64,000 bases of DNA. Origin: a phage. The translations under genes were made by a program, and so were the position numbers. The notes beneath the pieces were generated by a model that had not been told where the DNA came from, ran no database searches, and was given only the letters and a program-made list of their open reading frames with translations. This document shows positions 57,908 to 64,000 of the stretch, one piece after another (the stretch's first letter is position 1; every line of letters starts with the position of its first letter). Location: the sequence record PZ445517.1. One strand, written 5' to 3'.

Positions 57908-59454
57908 GTAACAATACATATCAGCACGTATCAAATGAATCAAAATATGTTAAATTCGATCCTACTGGATCGAATTTTCCTGACACTGTCACGACAGTGC
58001 AGTCTGCATTATCAAAAATAAGTAATATCGGCGTAAATGGTATTCCTGATGCAACTATGGAAGTTAAAGGAATAGCAATGATTGCGTCAGAGCAAGAAGT
58101 TTTAGATGGAACTAATAATTCTAAAATCGTTACGCCAGCTACATTAGCAACAAGATTACTATATCCAAATGCTACTGAAACTAAATATGGTTTAACGCGT
58201 TATTCAACAAATGAAGAAACATTAGAAGGCTCAGATAATAATTCATCAATAACGCCGCAAAAACTGAAATACCACACTGACGATGTGTTCCAAAATAGAT
58301 ATTCGTCTGAGTCATCAAACGGGGTTATTAAAATATCATCTACACCTGCAGCTTTAGCTGGAGTTGATGATACTACGGCGATGACTCCGCTAAAAACCCA
58401 AAAACTTGCAATAAAATTAATTTCACAAATAGCTCCTTCCGAAGATACTGCATCAGAATCTGTGAGAGGTGTAGTTCAATTATCTACTGTTGCGCAAACT
58501 CGTCAAGGAACTCTCCGCGAAGGATATGCAATTTCTCCGTATACCTTTATGAATTCTGTTGCAACACAAGAATATAAGGGTGTTATACGTTTAGGAACAC
58601 AATCGGAAATTAACAGTAATTTAGGAGATGTTGCAGTAACAGGTGAAACACTAAATGGTCGAGGAGCTACTGGTTCTATGCGTGGAGTAGTTAAATTAAC
58701 GACGCAAGCCGGTATTGCCCCTGAAGGTGATAGCTCTGGTGCATTAGCATGGAACGCAGATGTAATTAATACTCGTGGTGGACAAACTATTAACGGTTCT
58801 TTAAATTTAGACCATCTTACAGCAAACGGAATTTGGTCGCGCGGCGGAATGTGGAAAAATGGCGATCAACCTGTTGCCACTGAAAGATATGCGTCCGAAA
58901 GGATTCCAGTTGGAACTATTATGATGTTTGCAGGTGATTCAGCACCTCCAGGTTGGATTATGTGCCACGGCGGAACCGTGTCAGGAGATCAATATCCTGA
59001 TTATAGAAACGTAGTTGGAGGAAGATTTGGTGGGGATTGGAATAATCCAGGGATTCCTGATATGCGAGGTCTTTTCGTCAGAGGAGCTGGCACGGGCGGT
59101 CATATTTTAAATCAACGTGGACAAGATGGTTATGGGAAGGATAGACTTGGCGTAGGATGTGACGGAATGCATGTTGGTGGTGTTCAGGCACAACAAATGT
59201 CATACCATAAACATGCTGGTGGTTGGGGAGAATACCAAAGACATGAAGCTCCATTTGGCGCGTCAGTTTATCAAGGATATCTTGGAACTAGAAAATATTC
59301 CGACTGGGATAATGCTTCATACTTCACTAATGATGGATTTGAATTGGGTGGACCGAGAGATGCCCTTGGTACACTTAATCGTGAAGGATTAATTGGTTAT
59401 GAAACTAGACCATGGAATATATCATTAAACTATATTATTAAAGTTCATTACTAA
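57904..59454 (+). CDS. 12: gp12 short tail fibre
   Basis: 516 aa; Gly/Thr-rich repeats; C-terminal receptor-binding region. Confidence 0.95.
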   Translation: MSNNTYQHVSNESKYVKFDPTGSNFPDTVTTVQSALSKISNIGVNGIPDATMEVKGIAMIASEQEVLDGTNNSKIVTPATLATRLLYPNATETKYGLTRYSTNEETLEGSDNNSSITPQKLKYHTDDVFQNRYSSESSNGVIKISSTPAALAGVDDTTAMTPLKTQKLAIKLISQIAPSEDTASESVRGVVQLSTVAQTRQGTLREGYAISPYTFMNSVATQEYKGVIRLGTQSEINSNLGDVAVTGETLNGRGATGSMRGVVKLTTQAGIAPEGDSSGALAWNADVINTRGGQTINGSLNLDHLTANGIWSRGGMWKNGDQPVATERYASERIPVGTIMMFAGDSAPPGWIMCHGGTVSGDQYPDYRNVVGGRFGGDWNNPGIPDMRGLFVRGAGTGGHILNQRGQDGYGKDRLGVGCDGMHVGGVQAQQMSYHKHAGGWGEYQRHEAPFGASVYQGYLGTRKYSDWDNASYFTNDGFELGGPRDALGTLNREGLIGYETRPWNISLNYIIKVHY

Positions 59455-59463
59455 GGATTACAA

Positions 59464-60921
59464 ATGATTGAATTAAAAGAGTTACCTTTTGTTGATAGCG
59501 TTCCTGACGAAGGTCAGGAACGTATTTCATGGATTAAAAATGGTGAAGAAATATTAGGAGCTAGTACTAAGTATGGAAATGATGGATCAATGAATAGACC
59601 AATTGTTTCCGTGTTTAAAAACGTCGAGGTTCTTGATGAAAATGTGGGAATTCTTAAAACTGCCATTGAAACATCACAGAAAGATATTAAAACAATTCAA
59701 GGAGTTTTAGATGTATCAGGAGATATAGAAGCACTATCGCAGATCAGTGTTAATAAAAATGACATATCGAATTTAAAGACACTTACTAGTGAACACACTG
59801 ACATATTAACTGGAACTAATAATACAGTTGACAAAATTATTGCTGATATAGGTCCATTTAATGATGAAGAAAACTCTGTTTATAGAACAATTAGAAATGA
59901 TTTACTGTGGATTAAACAGGAATTAGGACAATATTCTGGCCAAGACATTAACGGTCTTCCTGTTGTTGGTAATGCTAGCACAGGAATGAAACATAGAATA
60001 ATAACAAATAGCACATTATTATCTTCACAAGGCATTCGTTTAAGCGAATTAGAAAATAAATTTACTGAATCTGACGTAGGATCATTAACTGTTGAAGTTG
60101 GTAAATTACGTGATGAACTTGGTAATAAACCGGTAGATTTTGGACCAAATATTTATAATAGATTAAACGCTATAGATGATAAACAAACTTTAATAAATTC
60201 TGATATAGCAGAAATTAAATCTTCTATTGGATACCCAGAAAATGTTTCTATAATAACAGAAATTAATAATAACAAAAGCAGCATTGAATCTATTAATAAT
60301 GAATTAAATCAGAGTGAAGGTGTTAAACAGCGCTTAACGGCTATTGAAACTTCTATAGGTTCAGATGATATTCCTTCTAGTATTAAAGGAAAAATTAAAA
60401 ATCACACAACTTCTATTGAGTCTTTAAACGGAATTGTCGGTGAAAACACTTCGTCTGGTTTAAGAGCGAATGTTTCGTGGTTAAATCAAATTGTTGGAAC
60501 TGACTCCAGCGGAGGACAACCGTCTCCTTCTGGATCTCTATTAAATAAAGTTTCAGTGCTTGAAGGAGAAGTTTCAGTTTTAAACAATAATGTTCAAAAT
60601 ATACAAGTTGAAATAGGAAATAATAGAACAGGAATTAAAGGTCAAGTTATTGAACTTACTTCACTTATAAATGGAAATAATCCTGACGGATCAACTGTTG
60701 AAGAACGAGGATTAACTAATTCTGTAAAAACGAATGAAACTAACATTGCGGCAGTCACACATGAAGTAAATACAGCTAAAGACAATATATCCTCTTTACA
60801 GAGCAGCGTTCAAGCTCTACAAGAAGCAGGTTATATTCCTGAAGCTCCAAAGGATGGTCAAGCTTACGTTCGTAAAGACGGCGAATGGGTACTACTTTCT
60901 ACCTTTTTATCACCAGCATAA
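59464..60921 (+). CDS. wac: fibritin (whisker antigen control) with C-terminal foldon
   Basis: 485 aa coiled-coil; C-terminus [27 protein letters not shown] is the foldon motif. Confidence 0.96.
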   Translation: MIELKELPFVDSVPDEGQERISWIKNGEEILGASTKYGNDGSMNRPIVSVFKNVEVLDENVGILKTAIETSQKDIKTIQGVLDVSGDIEALSQISVNKNDISNLKTLTSEHTDILTGTNNTVDKIIADIGPFNDEENSVYRTIRNDLLWIKQELGQYSGQDINGLPVVGNASTGMKHRIITNSTLLSSQGIRLSELENKFTESDVGSLTVEVGKLRDELGNKPVDFGPNIYNRLNAIDDKQTLINSDIAEIKSSIGYPENVSIITEINNNKSSIESINNELNQSEGVKQRLTAIETSIGSDDIPSSIKGKIKNHTTSIESLNGIVGENTSSGLRANVSWLNQIVGTDSSGGQPSPSGSLLNKVSVLEGEVSVLNNNVQNIQVEIGNNRTGIKGQVIELTSLINGNNPDGSTVEERGLTNSVKTNETNIAAVTHEVNTAKDNISSLQSSVQALQEAGYIPEAPKDGQAYVRKDGEWVLLSTFLSPA

Positions 60922-60922
60922 C

Positions 60923-60942
60923 ATGGGGCCGCAAGGCCCCAA
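60923..60942 (+). terminator. GNRA-tetraloop hairpin after wac (RNA end/stability element)
   Basis: GGGGCC-GCAA-GGCCCC directly after the wac stop; no strong U-run. Confidence 0.4.
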
Positions 60943-60952
60943 AGGATTTTAA

Positions 60953-62654
<1,702 letters not shown>

Positions 62655-62695
62655 TAAATATTATAAACTAATTAAAGCCCAGATTAGGAGAAATC

Positions 62696-64000
<1,305 letters not shown>

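Noticed and set aside
47006-59392. Short minus- and plus-strand track ORFs embedded in late structural genes (for example 47006-47206, 49947-50144, 53862-54197, 59159-59392)
   Set aside because: All lie inside long, well-supported structural gene frames and lack start signals.

Overview
This window is a contiguous segment of a T4-like (T-even, Tequatrovirus-type) phage genome, identified from my recall of T4 proteins rather than any database search. Coordinates 1-45260 are a densely packed minus-strand early/middle region; 45300-64000 is a plus-strand late structural block. The early region runs gene 46/47, alpha-glucosyltransferase, gene 55, nrdH-nrdG-nrdD, gene 49, pin, nrdC, a long run of small accessory ORFs, rI, tk, regB, a GrcA-like glycyl-radical gene, internal proteins, lysozyme e, nudE, a tRNA cluster, 57B/57A and genes 1, 3, 2, 4. 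The late block runs genes 53, 5, 5.1, 5.4, 6-12, wac, 13-15 and the start of 16. It is not T4 itself: nrdD is an uninterrupted 605-codon ORF with no intron, denV is not recognisable anywhere, the tRNA set includes Tyr and Asn, and three HNH endonuclease genes are present. The six-frame track treats GTG/TTG as Met, so several starts were moved to the first ATG with a Shine-Dalgarno sequence. The most interesting signals are a cassette array of capsid-targeting-sequence (CTS) internal-protein genes with duplicated promoter-leader units, a further CTS gene split at an A8 run, an HNH endonuclease whose first 14 codons copy the nrdG start, a GrcA-like gene with a host-like GC-rich 3-prime half, a P-loop kinase-like two-gene module next to the ipII locus, and a four-gene paralog array. 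No CRISPR array, integrase or att site was seen.
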